Of a stretch of 64,000 nt of DNA, positions 39,266 through 47,353 are shown piece after piece. Made by a program: the position numbers and the translations under genes. Origin of the DNA: an uncultured Porphyromonadaceae bacterium (GTDB lineage: Bacteria > Bacteroidota > Bacteroidia > Bacteroidales > Muribaculaceae); assembly GCA_937907575.1 (NCBI GenBank), contig CALERN010000023.1:106037-170036 (forward strand), given 5' to 3'. Below the pieces are notes generated by a model. That model was not told the origin of the DNA. It searched no databases and saw only the letters and a list, made by a program, of their open reading frames with translations. Numbering within the stretch: the first letter of the stretch is position 1; every line of letters begins with the position of its first letter.

Positions 39266-40939
39266 GTGAAATGCCTTTGGACGATACTCATAGCCCTGAT
39301 ATTGTCAGCGTGTGTAAAGCAGCAGGTAGCGCATCCTCTGTTCAGGTGGAAGTCGCTGTCAACGGCTTCGGATGCGCTCATAGTGCATCTTGAGTGGGGG
39401 ATGATACGGGTGTCGCCGGATTCTGTTTTCGCGCGGGCGCTTGACTCTCTGAAATGTGAGATTGTCCGTTGCCCTGACCCTGCGCAGCTGGAGGCAAGGT
39501 GCTGCTATTGGTCGGCTATACTGGATACGCGCCGCAATGTCAGCAAGGACTCTGTCCGCAGACTGGTTTCGAGGTCAATTGAATTGTGCGACTCTGCGTC
39601 ATACCCGTATGACATGACTCGTTTCCGCCATCTTGAGGGGCTGTTGCTGTTCCCTGACAATTCTTTCCGCCAGCATGAGGCGTTTCGTGACTGTTTTGAC
39701 TACTTTTCGAGCCAGGGTGATGGCTTCATGACTGCTTGGCTGGCGTTGGATTTGGGCAGGCTTTATCTGGATATCGGCGACTTGAAACGGGCTGGTTGGT
39801 ATTATTCGCTGTCTGACAGCATTTTAGATCTCATAGGGATTGATGACTGGCATATAAAGACATCTCTCAACAATGCCAATGTGCTGCATTTGATGGGGAA
39901 AAACAAGGAGGCTCTTGCCAAGCTTGATTCGCTGTTAGCCAATCCGGTGGCACGCCGCGATACTGGATTTTGTGTGAATGTGCTGATAAACAAGTATCTG
40001 ATGTCTGGTGACAGTGAAGCGCTTGTCGAGGCTTGCGGCCTTATGCATCCCGGCATTCCTGTATCTGTGCGCATGGATCTGAACCTGGCTTTGTCAGGCT
40101 GGTATTGCAGCGAGGGCCATGCGGCTGAAGCGCTTCCCTGTCTTGAATGGCTGCTTTCTTTACCGCGTGAGGGTCGGCCGGCGGATGAGATCCGCGACGT
40201 TTACGGCATAGCCGCCAGAGTGTATGACGCTACGGGAAGGGCTGATTCGGCTAACTTTTATTACCGCCAGATTGCAGTGCTTCAGGACTCGATGCTGTCG
40301 CGTAACGAGTCTCTGAACATCCTGAACAGCGAGGTGCGCGAGGAGATAGCGAAAAATGATGAGAAACGAGAGAACGAATTGAAGCAGGAGCGTCTGCGCA
40401 CATGGCTGGTGGTGCTGGCGTTGCTGTTTGTTGCCGGCGTTGCGTTGTTCTACCTGTACCGCCGTATGCAGTCGCACCGTCTCGCTACGCTGCGCACCAG
40501 TCTCGAGTTGGAACGGGAGCGGCGCAAGGTGGTGTCGTCGGCATTGGCGATGACCGAGAAGGACAATGTGCTTGAAGCGGTGCTGTCTGACATCTCCGAG
40601 ATTAAAAAGGGGGGCGAAATCGGCGAGGCGCAGATACGGCAGCTGGAGCAGAATGTGAAGATGCACCTCATCGGGCGGCAGGACTGGGAGGATTTCAAGG
40701 TGCTGTTTGAGAAGGTCCACCCAGGGTTCTCGTCGTTGCTGAAAACGACATATCCGGCAGTGACGGAAGGTGATATCCGTCTGTCCATATACCTGAAAGC
40801 AGGCATGAATACCAAGCAGATAGCGCGTATGCTTCAGCTGCAGCCCGATTCTGTCAAGAAGAACCGGCAGCGGTTGCGTCGCCATTTGGGGCTGACGGCA
40901 GACCAGTCGCTCGAGGACTTGCTGCGCAGCCTTGGCTGA
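39266..40939 (+). CDS. Membrane-anchored TPR-like sensor with a C-terminal LuxR-type HTH
   Basis: Lipobox-like LSAC, helical repeats, a TM segment, and C-terminal YLKAGMNTKQIARML...SVKKNRQRLRRHLGL; GTG start. Confidence 0.85.
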   Translation: MKCLWTILIALILSACVKQQVAHPLFRWKSLSTASDALIVHLEWGMIRVSPDSVFARALDSLKCEIVRCPDPAQLEARCCYWSAILDTRRNVSKDSVRRLVSRSIELCDSASYPYDMTRFRHLEGLLLFPDNSFRQHEAFRDCFDYFSSQGDGFMTAWLALDLGRLYLDIGDLKRAGWYYSLSDSILDLIGIDDWHIKTSLNNANVLHLMGKNKEALAKLDSLLANPVARRDTGFCVNVLINKYLMSGDSEALVEACGLMHPGIPVSVRMDLNLALSGWYCSEGHAAEALPCLEWLLSLPREGRPADEIRDVYGIAARVYDATGRADSANFYYRQIAVLQDSMLSRNESLNILNSEVREEIAKNDEKRENELKQERLRTWLVVLALLFVAGVALFYLYRRMQSHRLATLRTSLELERERRKVVSSALAMTEKDNVLEAVLSDISEIKKGGEIGEAQIRQLEQNVKMHLIGRQDWEDFKVLFEKVHPGFSSLLKTTYPAVTEGDIRLSIYLKAGMNTKQIARMLQLQPDSVKKNRQRLRRHLGLTADQSLEDLLRSLG

Positions 40940-40959
40940 CGCTCCCATGAGCCTAATAC

Positions 40960-40995
40960 TCGGAGTCCCCCGAGATCTCCGAGTACTCTGATTGC
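40960..40995. repeat. Degenerate 9-bp tandem repeat (TCNGAGNNC) x4
   Basis: Units tcggagtcc cccgagatc tccgagtac tctgattgc; forms a TACTCGGAG/CTCCGAGTA hairpin; related array at 50586-50621. Confidence 0.6.
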
Positions 40996-41110
40996 GCAGC
41001 CAAAGTAGGGACACGGCGTGCCGTGTCCGAAGGGTAGTTGGCGTATATGTTGTTGATTTGTTACGGCTTATGTGCGGACACGGCACGTCGTGTCCCTACT
41101 GGGCTACGCA
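40992..41110. mobile_element. REPIN-like element (inverted REP doublet), complete copy
   Basis: REP at 41005-41029 and inverted REP at 41075-41099 (1 mismatch), 45-bp spacer, extended outer imperfect inverted repeat TGCGCAGCC/GGCTACGCA. Confidence 0.8.
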
Positions 41111-41167
41111 TAAAAGCGTGGGTGTGCCTATTTTGACATCCCCCCTATTGTAGCGGCGGGGCTGCGG

Positions 41168-42472
41168 CTATCTGCCCAGCAGCCATTTCCACGCCGGGAC
41201 GACGCTGATGACTTCGCCATCGGCAGTGGCTATATTCTCTTCATCGTCGTAAGTGACAATAAGCAGTTTTTTGCAGCCTGTTGCCTGTGAAGCCTCAAGC
41301 AAGCCTCGTATTTCGCGCTTGCGTGTCTCTTCGTCACCCATGCTCCATGTCACTTGTATCAACTGCACAATGTCGATGCCTCGTTGTACGGCAAAGTCAC
41401 ATTCCCCCTTCCCTTGATAGTAGAATATCTGGTCTATCGGGGTTCGGTTGCGGTACAGTTGCAGGAAAACAGTGTTTTCGAGTTTCTTGCCGTCGTCGTC
41501 GCTTTGCGGCAGCAGGACGGCATCGCGCAGCCCATTGTCGATGCAGTAGTATTTCGGCTGTGAGTTTTCGGCCTTTTGCAGCGAGCGGCTGAAATTGGGT
41601 ATGCGCAGGAACATGAACGTGTCACAGGCGTAGTTTGCCCAGTTGTACAGGTCGTCCTTGCTTACTTTCAGCCTTCGGGACTTGATGTCATTGTGAATTG
41701 CTCTTATTGATGTCGGCTTGGTGAGGTTTGCCATTATGCGCTTCAGGAAGTAGCGCAGCACCTCGATGTTGCCCAGCCGGTAGTGTTCCGCCAGGTCTTT
41801 GAGGAGCATGGTGTCGAAATATGTCTGCAGTGTCTTGGCTTTGAGCAGGGCATTGCCCATTAGTGCTATTTCGGGGAAGCCACCCTCGTTGTTGTAGTCA
41901 CGCAGCGCATTGCGCAGTCGAGCAGTGTCCTGTTCGAGCCAGCTGTCGGTGGTTATGCCCCGGAATTGGCAGTACTCACGGAATGACAGCGGCAGGGTCT
42001 CTTCTTCCTCCGGCCAGCCGCGCAGTGCGGATTTCAGTTCGCTGCTCAGCATGGTGGCGTTGCTGCCGCTGATGTATATGTTTTTTGTATAGTGCTTGTA
42101 CAGTCGCATGACGAAATACTCCCACCCCTCGATAAGCTGTATTTCGTCAAAGAACATGTATACGGTCGCCATGTCTATGTCCGGGTACATCTCGCGGTAT
42201 GCGTCGATTATCATGCTGAGTTCGTCGGAGGTCATGCGCACGAGCCGCTCGTCATCGAAACTTACCCAAAGGATGCGCTCGCGGGATATGCCTTGGCCAA
42301 GCAACTCGTTCACGAGTACTTCCATTCGTGAGGTCTTGCCGCATCTGCGTACACCGGGTATTGTCACTATCTTGCCGTCGCCTGTCGGCAGCGGTTTTTC
42401 GCGTCTGCGCAGGTCGGAGGGAAACTCCTGCTGGCGCATCGCTATCTGGGTCTTTATGTATGATTTGTCCAT
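41168..42472 (-). CDS. AAA_14 ATPase + DUF4143 protein (second subfamily)
   Basis: GVRRCGKT, FFDEIQ, ISGSNA, GGFPE, KYYCIDNGL, LENTVF and ECDF...IQVT motifs. Confidence 0.92.
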   Translation of the reverse strand: MDKSYIKTQIAMRQQEFPSDLRRREKPLPTGDGKIVTIPGVRRCGKTSRMEVLVNELLGQGISRERILWVSFDDERLVRMTSDELSMIIDAYREMYPDIDMATVYMFFDEIQLIEGWEYFVMRLYKHYTKNIYISGSNATMLSSELKSALRGWPEEEETLPLSFREYCQFRGITTDSWLEQDTARLRNALRDYNNEGGFPEIALMGNALLKAKTLQTYFDTMLLKDLAEHYRLGNIEVLRYFLKRIMANLTKPTSIRAIHNDIKSRRLKVSKDDLYNWANYACDTFMFLRIPNFSRSLQKAENSQPKYYCIDNGLRDAVLLPQSDDDGKKLENTVFLQLYRNRTPIDQIFYYQGKGECDFAVQRGIDIVQLIQVTWSMGDEETRKREIRGLLEASQATGCKKLLIVTYDDEENIATADGEVISVVPAWKWLLGR

Positions 42473-42474
42473 AT

Positions 42475-42523
42475 TGTCCTAAATTCGGGGACAAAGATAG
42501 TGATTTCTGTCCTAAATTTGGGG
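42475..42523 (-). promoter_or_regulatory. Promoter TATCTTTG flanked by a 16-bp direct repeat CCCC(A/G)AATTTAGGACA
   Basis: Repeats at 42475-42490 and 42508-42523 (33-bp period); -7 element at 42492-42499. Confidence 0.75.
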
Positions 42524-42580
42524 TCAGCGTGGGTGGTTTTTGATTGGAGGGCTTAATTTGAGGTGAAATGAGAGTGTGTT

Positions 42581-42683
42581 TTGCGCAGCCAAAGTAGGGA
42601 CATGTCGTGCCGTGTCCAAATGGTGGTAAGCGTGTATATCGTTGATTTGGTGTGAATTGGGTGCGGATACGGCACGCCGTGTC
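42581..42683. mobile_element. REPIN-like element, second (degenerate, right-truncated) copy
   Basis: Aligns without gaps to 40992-41094 (19 mismatches in 103 nt by manual count); the right REP lacks CCTAC and overlaps the tilS stop codon. Confidence 0.78.
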
Positions 42684-43989
42684 AGCATTTGTCCGTGATT
42701 GCACGGATTGCGGCTTCGGCATCGGGGTCGGCGGTGACGGCGTAGATGAACTGCGCGTCGTCTGCGATCAGGTGTCGGCGCGAGCGTTTGAGGCCGTCTA
42801 TCCATATAATGTCGCCGTCAGCGTCGGTCAGTGCCACGGCGCGGCGTTTCTGCTCCTGCGTGAGTTTGGCGTCCTTCATTATGTCGCTGACAGCCGATGT
42901 GCCGCGCATGCCGAGCGGTGCGATGCGGTCGCCCGGGCGGACGAAGCGCATAGTGTAGTTGCTGCGGCCTTGTGGAAGGAAGCACGCCGTGGGTCGGTGC
43001 ATCGAGCGCATCAGCGAGCGGGCCTCGGGCGTGTTGAGCAAGCGGAACCACCTGTATTCAGGCAAAGCCAGGTCTCCACTTGTCGGGACTATGTGCAGTC
43101 CGTTGCGCTCGCTGCAGATGTCTGTGTTGCGCAGATGCCATACGCGCCCCGGCAGGGGATTGCGCGACAGTGCGGTCATCTCCTCTATTTGGCTTGCGTT
43201 TGCGCCGTGGGGTGCTGCGAACCGCTGTATTGATGTCATAGCGTCGCCGCAACCGCGTATCTCTATCCATGTCAAAATGCCGTCGGTCTTTGGACGGACG
43301 GCGCGGGCGATGACGGCGGCTTCGCCGCGCAGGTTGCGCTGTGTGGCGGCGATGCTGCGGCGGGCGTTGGGGAACCGCTCCTCGAGCAGCGGCAGCACGC
43401 GGTTGCGTATGAAGTTGCGGCGGTAGCCGTCGGCAAGGTTGGTGGAGTCGGTCATGAAGTCCTGCCCGATTTCATGCAGGTAGGCCTCGATGTCGCGGCG
43501 CGACAGCGACAGCAAGGGGCGGATTATCTCGCCGGTGTCAGGGAGCATGCCCCGCAGCCCCTCGATGCCGGTGGTGCGCATCAGGTTGAGCATGAGCGTC
43601 TCGATGTTGTCGTCGGCGTTGTGAGCCACGGCTATGCGTACTGCGCCATGGTCGTGCAGCAGCTGGCGGAACAGGCCGTAGCGCAGGTCGCGGCACGCCA
43701 TTTCGACCGACACCCCATGCTTGCGCATATATGCCGGCACGTCCATGTCGGCTTCTGTCACTGGCACTCCAAGGGCTCGGCAGAGGGCGATGACAAACCG
43801 GCGGTCGCGTGTGCTCTCGTCGCCGCGCAGGTGGAAGTCGCAGGTCACGACATGGACATTCGCGCCAGCTGCGACCAAGGCGCGGAGCATCGCCGTGCTG
43901 TCTGCGCCGCCGCTCACGCCGGCTATGATTTCGCCGCAGATGCCGCTGACGGCTTGGCGCACAGCCGCTTCAAACTCCGGGCGTGTCAT
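42682..43989 (-). CDS. tilS: tRNA(Ile)-lysidine synthetase
   Basis: VSGGADS, HLRG, RDLRY, AHNADD, IIRPLL, DSTN and RNFIR motifs; TilS C-terminal domain. Confidence 0.95.
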   Translation of the reverse strand: MTRPEFEAAVRQAVSGICGEIIAGVSGGADSTAMLRALVAAGANVHVVTCDFHLRGDESTRDRRFVIALCRALGVPVTEADMDVPAYMRKHGVSVEMACRDLRYGLFRQLLHDHGAVRIAVAHNADDNIETLMLNLMRTTGIEGLRGMLPDTGEIIRPLLSLSRRDIEAYLHEIGQDFMTDSTNLADGYRRNFIRNRVLPLLEERFPNARRSIAATQRNLRGEAAVIARAVRPKTDGILTWIEIRGCGDAMTSIQRFAAPHGANASQIEEMTALSRNPLPGRVWHLRNTDICSERNGLHIVPTSGDLALPEYRWFRLLNTPEARSLMRSMHRPTACFLPQGRSNYTMRFVRPGDRIAPLGMRGTSAVSDIMKDAKLTQEQKRRAVALTDADGDIIWIDGLKRSRRHLIADDAQFIYAVTADPDAEAAIRAITDKC

Positions 43990-44672
43990 CGCAGGTATAC
44001 GGGGATGACGCAGGTGATGCGCCCGCACTCGAGTATCTCGTCCTTGCGCATGCGGAATTCCGGGTATTCCTCGCGGTTGTACGAAGAGCAGCGTACGAAC
44101 TCTGCGTCATCGTCTTGCAGCAGTTTCTTTATCACCACGCCGTCAACTGTCGAGAGCATGTATACCTCGCCCCAGCGCATCGACTGCCGCTCGTTGATTT
44201 TGCTCACGCCCACAAGTGCACCCGGCGGTATCGACAGTTCCGGGCGTTCCGGGTATGTCATGGAGTAGCCTGCCGCCTGAATGAAGAAGTCTGTTTCGCG
44301 GGGTATTCCCGGCAGTCCGACCACGGGGAGGTTGTCCGCCAAAGCCGCTTCTGACAGTCCGCCGGGGCGGCCGCACTCTGCGCGAGTGGTGTCGATGAGC
44401 GGGAATGTCGGGAAATCGGGGCGGCGGCTGTCGCGCATCATCTCTCCCTCGCCGTACAGGAACCATTGCCGGCTGATGTCGGTATATTGTTTGAGGAAAA
44501 TTGCGGCGACGCGACGCGAGATGTCCTTGCCTGGTTTGCGGGATTTGCCCAATGTGCCGACTGCGAGGCTGCATACGCGGGTTATCTCCGCATCCGTGAG
44601 GTTGCGGAAGCGTGCGTATGCGTCCAGCCGGTCGATAATCCTTTGCGATGATGAATTGTTCTTGTCCGTCAT
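43986..44672 (-). CDS. CI/LexA-like repressor (HTH + S24 peptidase)
   Basis: N-terminal HTH ending WFLYGEGEM; putative Cys-Gly cleavage site (AECG); catalytic Ser (GYSM) and Lys (VIKK). Confidence 0.88.
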   Translation of the reverse strand: MTDKNNSSSQRIIDRLDAYARFRNLTDAEITRVCSLAVGTLGKSRKPGKDISRRVAAIFLKQYTDISRQWFLYGEGEMMRDSRRPDFPTFPLIDTTRAECGRPGGLSEAALADNLPVVGLPGIPRETDFFIQAAGYSMTYPERPELSIPPGALVGVSKINERQSMRWGEVYMLSTVDGVVIKKLLQDDDAEFVRCSSYNREEYPEFRMRKDEILECGRITCVIPVYLR

Positions 44673-44697
44673 TTGATGCTCGCTGTTGATTGCATTG

Positions 44698-44736
44698 CAA
44701 AGTTAGGAAATATTCCCCGGTTTTCAAAATCGGGGA
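44698..44736 (-). promoter_or_regulatory. S24 repressor promoter with GGA-N5-TCC box and a 23-bp palindrome
   Basis: -7 TAACTTTG at 44698-44705; GGAAATATTCC at 44706-44716; TCCCCGGTTTT-C-AAAATCGGGGA at 44714-44736, covering the -33 TTTG. Confidence 0.6.
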
Positions 44737-44765
44737 TGCGTAAATCAACGGCGGTCAACGGCGTT

Positions 44766-45746
44766 TCAGAACTCGAACAGGTCGCGTATCGAGCCTATGT
44801 CCTCGTCGTCCTCCTTTTTGCCCTTGTCTGCATCCTGTTTTTCCGGCGCTGTGCGGCAATCCTTAATCACGAAGCGGCGTTCCTTTTCCTCGTTTGTTTC
44901 CGTAGGAGCGAATATGTCGTCCGAACGCCTTGGAGCTTGGGCTAAAAGCTGTAGCTGTTCCTGCGGCGACAATGAGTCGAAGTATTTTTGCCGTGCGGAG
45001 AGCGATGCCATGCGCAGCATCTGGACCTTACGCTGGGTCTTGGGGTTGAGCGCGTACACCCTGGGCGGGCGGGACGCCACTTCCGGCTCGCGTATGCCGC
45101 GCTCCTCGAGGATGTCGGCTTGCATGAGCTTGCGCTGGAAGTTGCGGCGGTCGTACTTCACGCCGTTGATAGCCTCGTATACCTTCTGCAGCTCGGTGAC
45201 TGTGAACTCCTCGTTGAGGAGGGTGAAGGCTATAGGGCGCATCTTGATGGCTTGGCGCAGGTACTGACGGGCGGCGAGGATGATCTCGCCGTGGTCGAAA
45301 GCGAGGGGCGGCAGCCTGTTCTCGTCAAACCACTGTGCGTTGGCAGCGTCGTCGCCGGCGATGAGCTGATACTCTGATGTGCGCACCAGTGCTATGAAAG
45401 CCACGGTGACGACTCTCTCGCGAGGGTCGCGGTTGAGGGTGCTGAACACATGGAACTGGTCGAGGTAAACGTTGGTGACGCCAGTTTCCTCTCGCAGCTC
45501 GCGCATTGCAGCCCGCTCCAGGGTTTCGTTGATTCTCATGAAGCCTCCGGGCAATGCCCACATCCCCTTGTACGGCTCAAGTCCGCGTTCTATCAGAAGC
45601 AGCTTCAACGATTCGCCGTCGAAGCCGAAGACAACGCAGTCAACGGTCAATGCCGGATGGGGATACTTGTAGGTGTACGGCCCGTCGTTGTCATTCACCC
45701 GTTCAGGCTGAACGACAGCATTTTCGTTGTTTGATGTACTGTTCAT
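44766..45746 (-). CDS. NrtR-type Nudix + winged-helix transcriptional regulator
   Basis: TVDCVVFG, WALPGGF, RELREETG, RDPRERV, LAFDH and DRRNFQRK motifs; C-terminal extension. Confidence 0.9.
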   Translation of the reverse strand: MNSTSNNENAVVQPERVNDNDGPYTYKYPHPALTVDCVVFGFDGESLKLLLIERGLEPYKGMWALPGGFMRINETLERAAMRELREETGVTNVYLDQFHVFSTLNRDPRERVVTVAFIALVRTSEYQLIAGDDAANAQWFDENRLPPLAFDHGEIILAARQYLRQAIKMRPIAFTLLNEEFTVTELQKVYEAINGVKYDRRNFQRKLMQADILEERGIREPEVASRPPRVYALNPKTQRKVQMLRMASLSARQKYFDSLSPQEQLQLLAQAPRRSDDIFAPTETNEEKERRFVIKDCRTAPEKQDADKGKKEDDEDIGSIRDLFEF

Positions 45747-45813
45747 GATATAGCCTGTTATGCGTTTATGCTGCAAAGTTAATGCAGAAAAACGAAACTG
45801 CCAAATATTTTGC

Positions 45814-45828
45814 GCGTGATAATGACGC
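45814..45828. promoter_or_regulatory. Candidate NrtR box (GT-N7-AC palindrome)
   Basis: GCGT-GATAATG-ACGC just upstream of the nrtR -33 (45802-45805) and -7 (45774-45781) elements. Confidence 0.55.
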
Positions 45829-45847
45829 AAAGTACTCGGCAGTCTTC

Positions 45848-46450
45848 TCAAAGATGCAAGTCGGCCAAGTCAACAAGTCCGTTGACGATGGCATATATCG
45901 TAAGGCCCGTAGCGGAGTGTATCTCGAGCTTGCGGGCTATGTTGCGGCGGTGTGTCACCACTGTATGCACGGAGAGGAATAACTGTTCGGCTATTTCCTT
46001 GTTGGTCAATCCTTTGACTACAAGTGTGACAATCTCTTTCTCGCGGTTGCTCAGGGCCTCCTTGTCGTCATTATCGGCTGCCGGGGCTGCCGACAGCTTC
46101 TCGAGGCGGTCGGCTATGCCCTGCATGTCGTCGGCTATGGGGAGCGTTGCGTCGTAGAGCGTGCGCGTGGAGTGGGCGAGCGGACCGGACTCGACGGCGA
46201 TGATTTTCAGCGACTCCGGGCCGAAGTCGCGGACGGTCTGCGGGTCGAACACGCCTCCGAAGTTCGGGTTGACGATGAGTATCGGCGAGGGCAGCTCGCC
46301 GACCAGACGGCGTATGTCGTCTGCGCTCTGCACCTCGACCACACTGCAGCGCGGCTGCGGCAAGGCACGCAGGCAATGCACCAGGCCGGCAGCGATGATG
46401 GGCGCCGGCTCGGCGACGATGACATTCAGCATCGGCAGCTGGCGGTTCAT
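45848..46450 (-). CDS. LuxR-family regulator with a degenerate receiver domain
   Basis: LSNREKEIV...GLTNKEIAEQLFLSVHTVVTHRRNI HTH. Confidence 0.92.
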   Translation of the reverse strand: MNRQLPMLNVIVAEPAPIIAAGLVHCLRALPQPRCSVVEVQSADDIRRLVGELPSPILIVNPNFGGVFDPQTVRDFGPESLKIIAVESGPLAHSTRTLYDATLPIADDMQGIADRLEKLSAAPAADNDDKEALSNREKEIVTLVVKGLTNKEIAEQLFLSVHTVVTHRRNIARKLEIHSATGLTIYAIVNGLVDLADLHL

Positions 46451-47160
46451 TGCCCGGCACCCCCTTCCGCGATTTTCTGCTCGAGCAGGCGTATCGCCGG
46501 CACGAGTATGTCGTTCTCCACGCGGCAATGGCTGTCGAGCTCCTCCTCGCAGCGGTATATGTCGTAGAGGGCGGTGTTGAGCAGGTTGGTCGATGCGCTG
46601 TCGGGGCAGTACTTGATGATGAGGCTTTTCAGCTCGTGCAGCTTGTCCGCCACCTGCTCGTGGTGGTCGCTGTACACGTCGATGCGGTAGTCGGCGGGCG
46701 TGTCGCCGCGCAGCAGCCGGTTGATGTGGGCGAACACGGTGCGTTCCTCGTATTCCATGTGTGTGCGTACCTCATGCAGGTATTCGTCGAAGAACTTGAT
46801 GATGAGGAACGACACGTCGGAGGTGCTGAACTCAATGCCGTCGAGGAGCTTGCGGCGTATCTCTGGCAGTGAGTACTGCAGGAAATAGATATGCGACTGG
46901 CGGAGGTACTGCATCAGAGCCTTGACGCTGACGCGGCTGATTTCATTATCGCTTATGGTGCCTGAAAGCACATAGTTGACCACAGCGAGGAATGTGGGGC
47001 AGTCCACCTTGTTCTGCCGGCAGACGGTGCTGATGCTGTTGTCGCCGAAACCCACGGCGATGCCGAAGCGGCTCATCACCTGGATAATCTGGTAATGGTC
47101 GGCTATGAGGTGGCTCATCTTCTCGCCGGCGGCATACGGGTGTGATGTCTCTCGTGTCAT
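46447..47160 (-). CDS. Hemerythrin-domain (RIC/ScdA-like) protein
   Basis: RFGIAVGFGD..I..VC, YLRQSH.YF, HMEYEE and HCRVE motifs; ATGA-coupled to the LuxR gene. Confidence 0.88.
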   Translation of the reverse strand: MTRETSHPYAAGEKMSHLIADHYQIIQVMSRFGIAVGFGDNSISTVCRQNKVDCPTFLAVVNYVLSGTISDNEISRVSVKALMQYLRQSHIYFLQYSLPEIRRKLLDGIEFSTSDVSFLIIKFFDEYLHEVRTHMEYEERTVFAHINRLLRGDTPADYRIDVYSDHHEQVADKLHELKSLIIKYCPDSASTNLLNTALYDIYRCEEELDSHCRVENDILVPAIRLLEQKIAEGGAGQ

Positions 47161-47198
47161 GGGGTTGTCTGTGTAGTTTCTGTCGGTGCGGCAATGCT

Positions 47199-47353
47199 GA
47201 GAGGGCGGAGAGCTCTCGCCTCCGCCTCTCCCGGTCTCACCTGTTTCCGGGCAGGGGCATCGCCATGGATGCCTGGTCAGTCCGGTCACACTTAAATCTA
47301 ACTCTAAATAACTAATAACTCTAATCGTGAACCGGATGGCAGCCGGATTTCAC
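47199..47353 (-). ncRNA. Candidate sRNA or structured leader
   Basis: TAACTTTG promoter at 47358-47365, 5' hairpin at 47327-47353, AT-rich TTAGAGTTA/TTAGTTA single-stranded tract, GC-rich 3' hairpin at 47199-47230. Confidence 0.5.

Noticed and set aside
40992..42683. REP copies read as a CRISPR mini-array
   Set aside because: The arms are inverted, the spacers are homologous to each other, the copies are dispersed and there are no cas genes.
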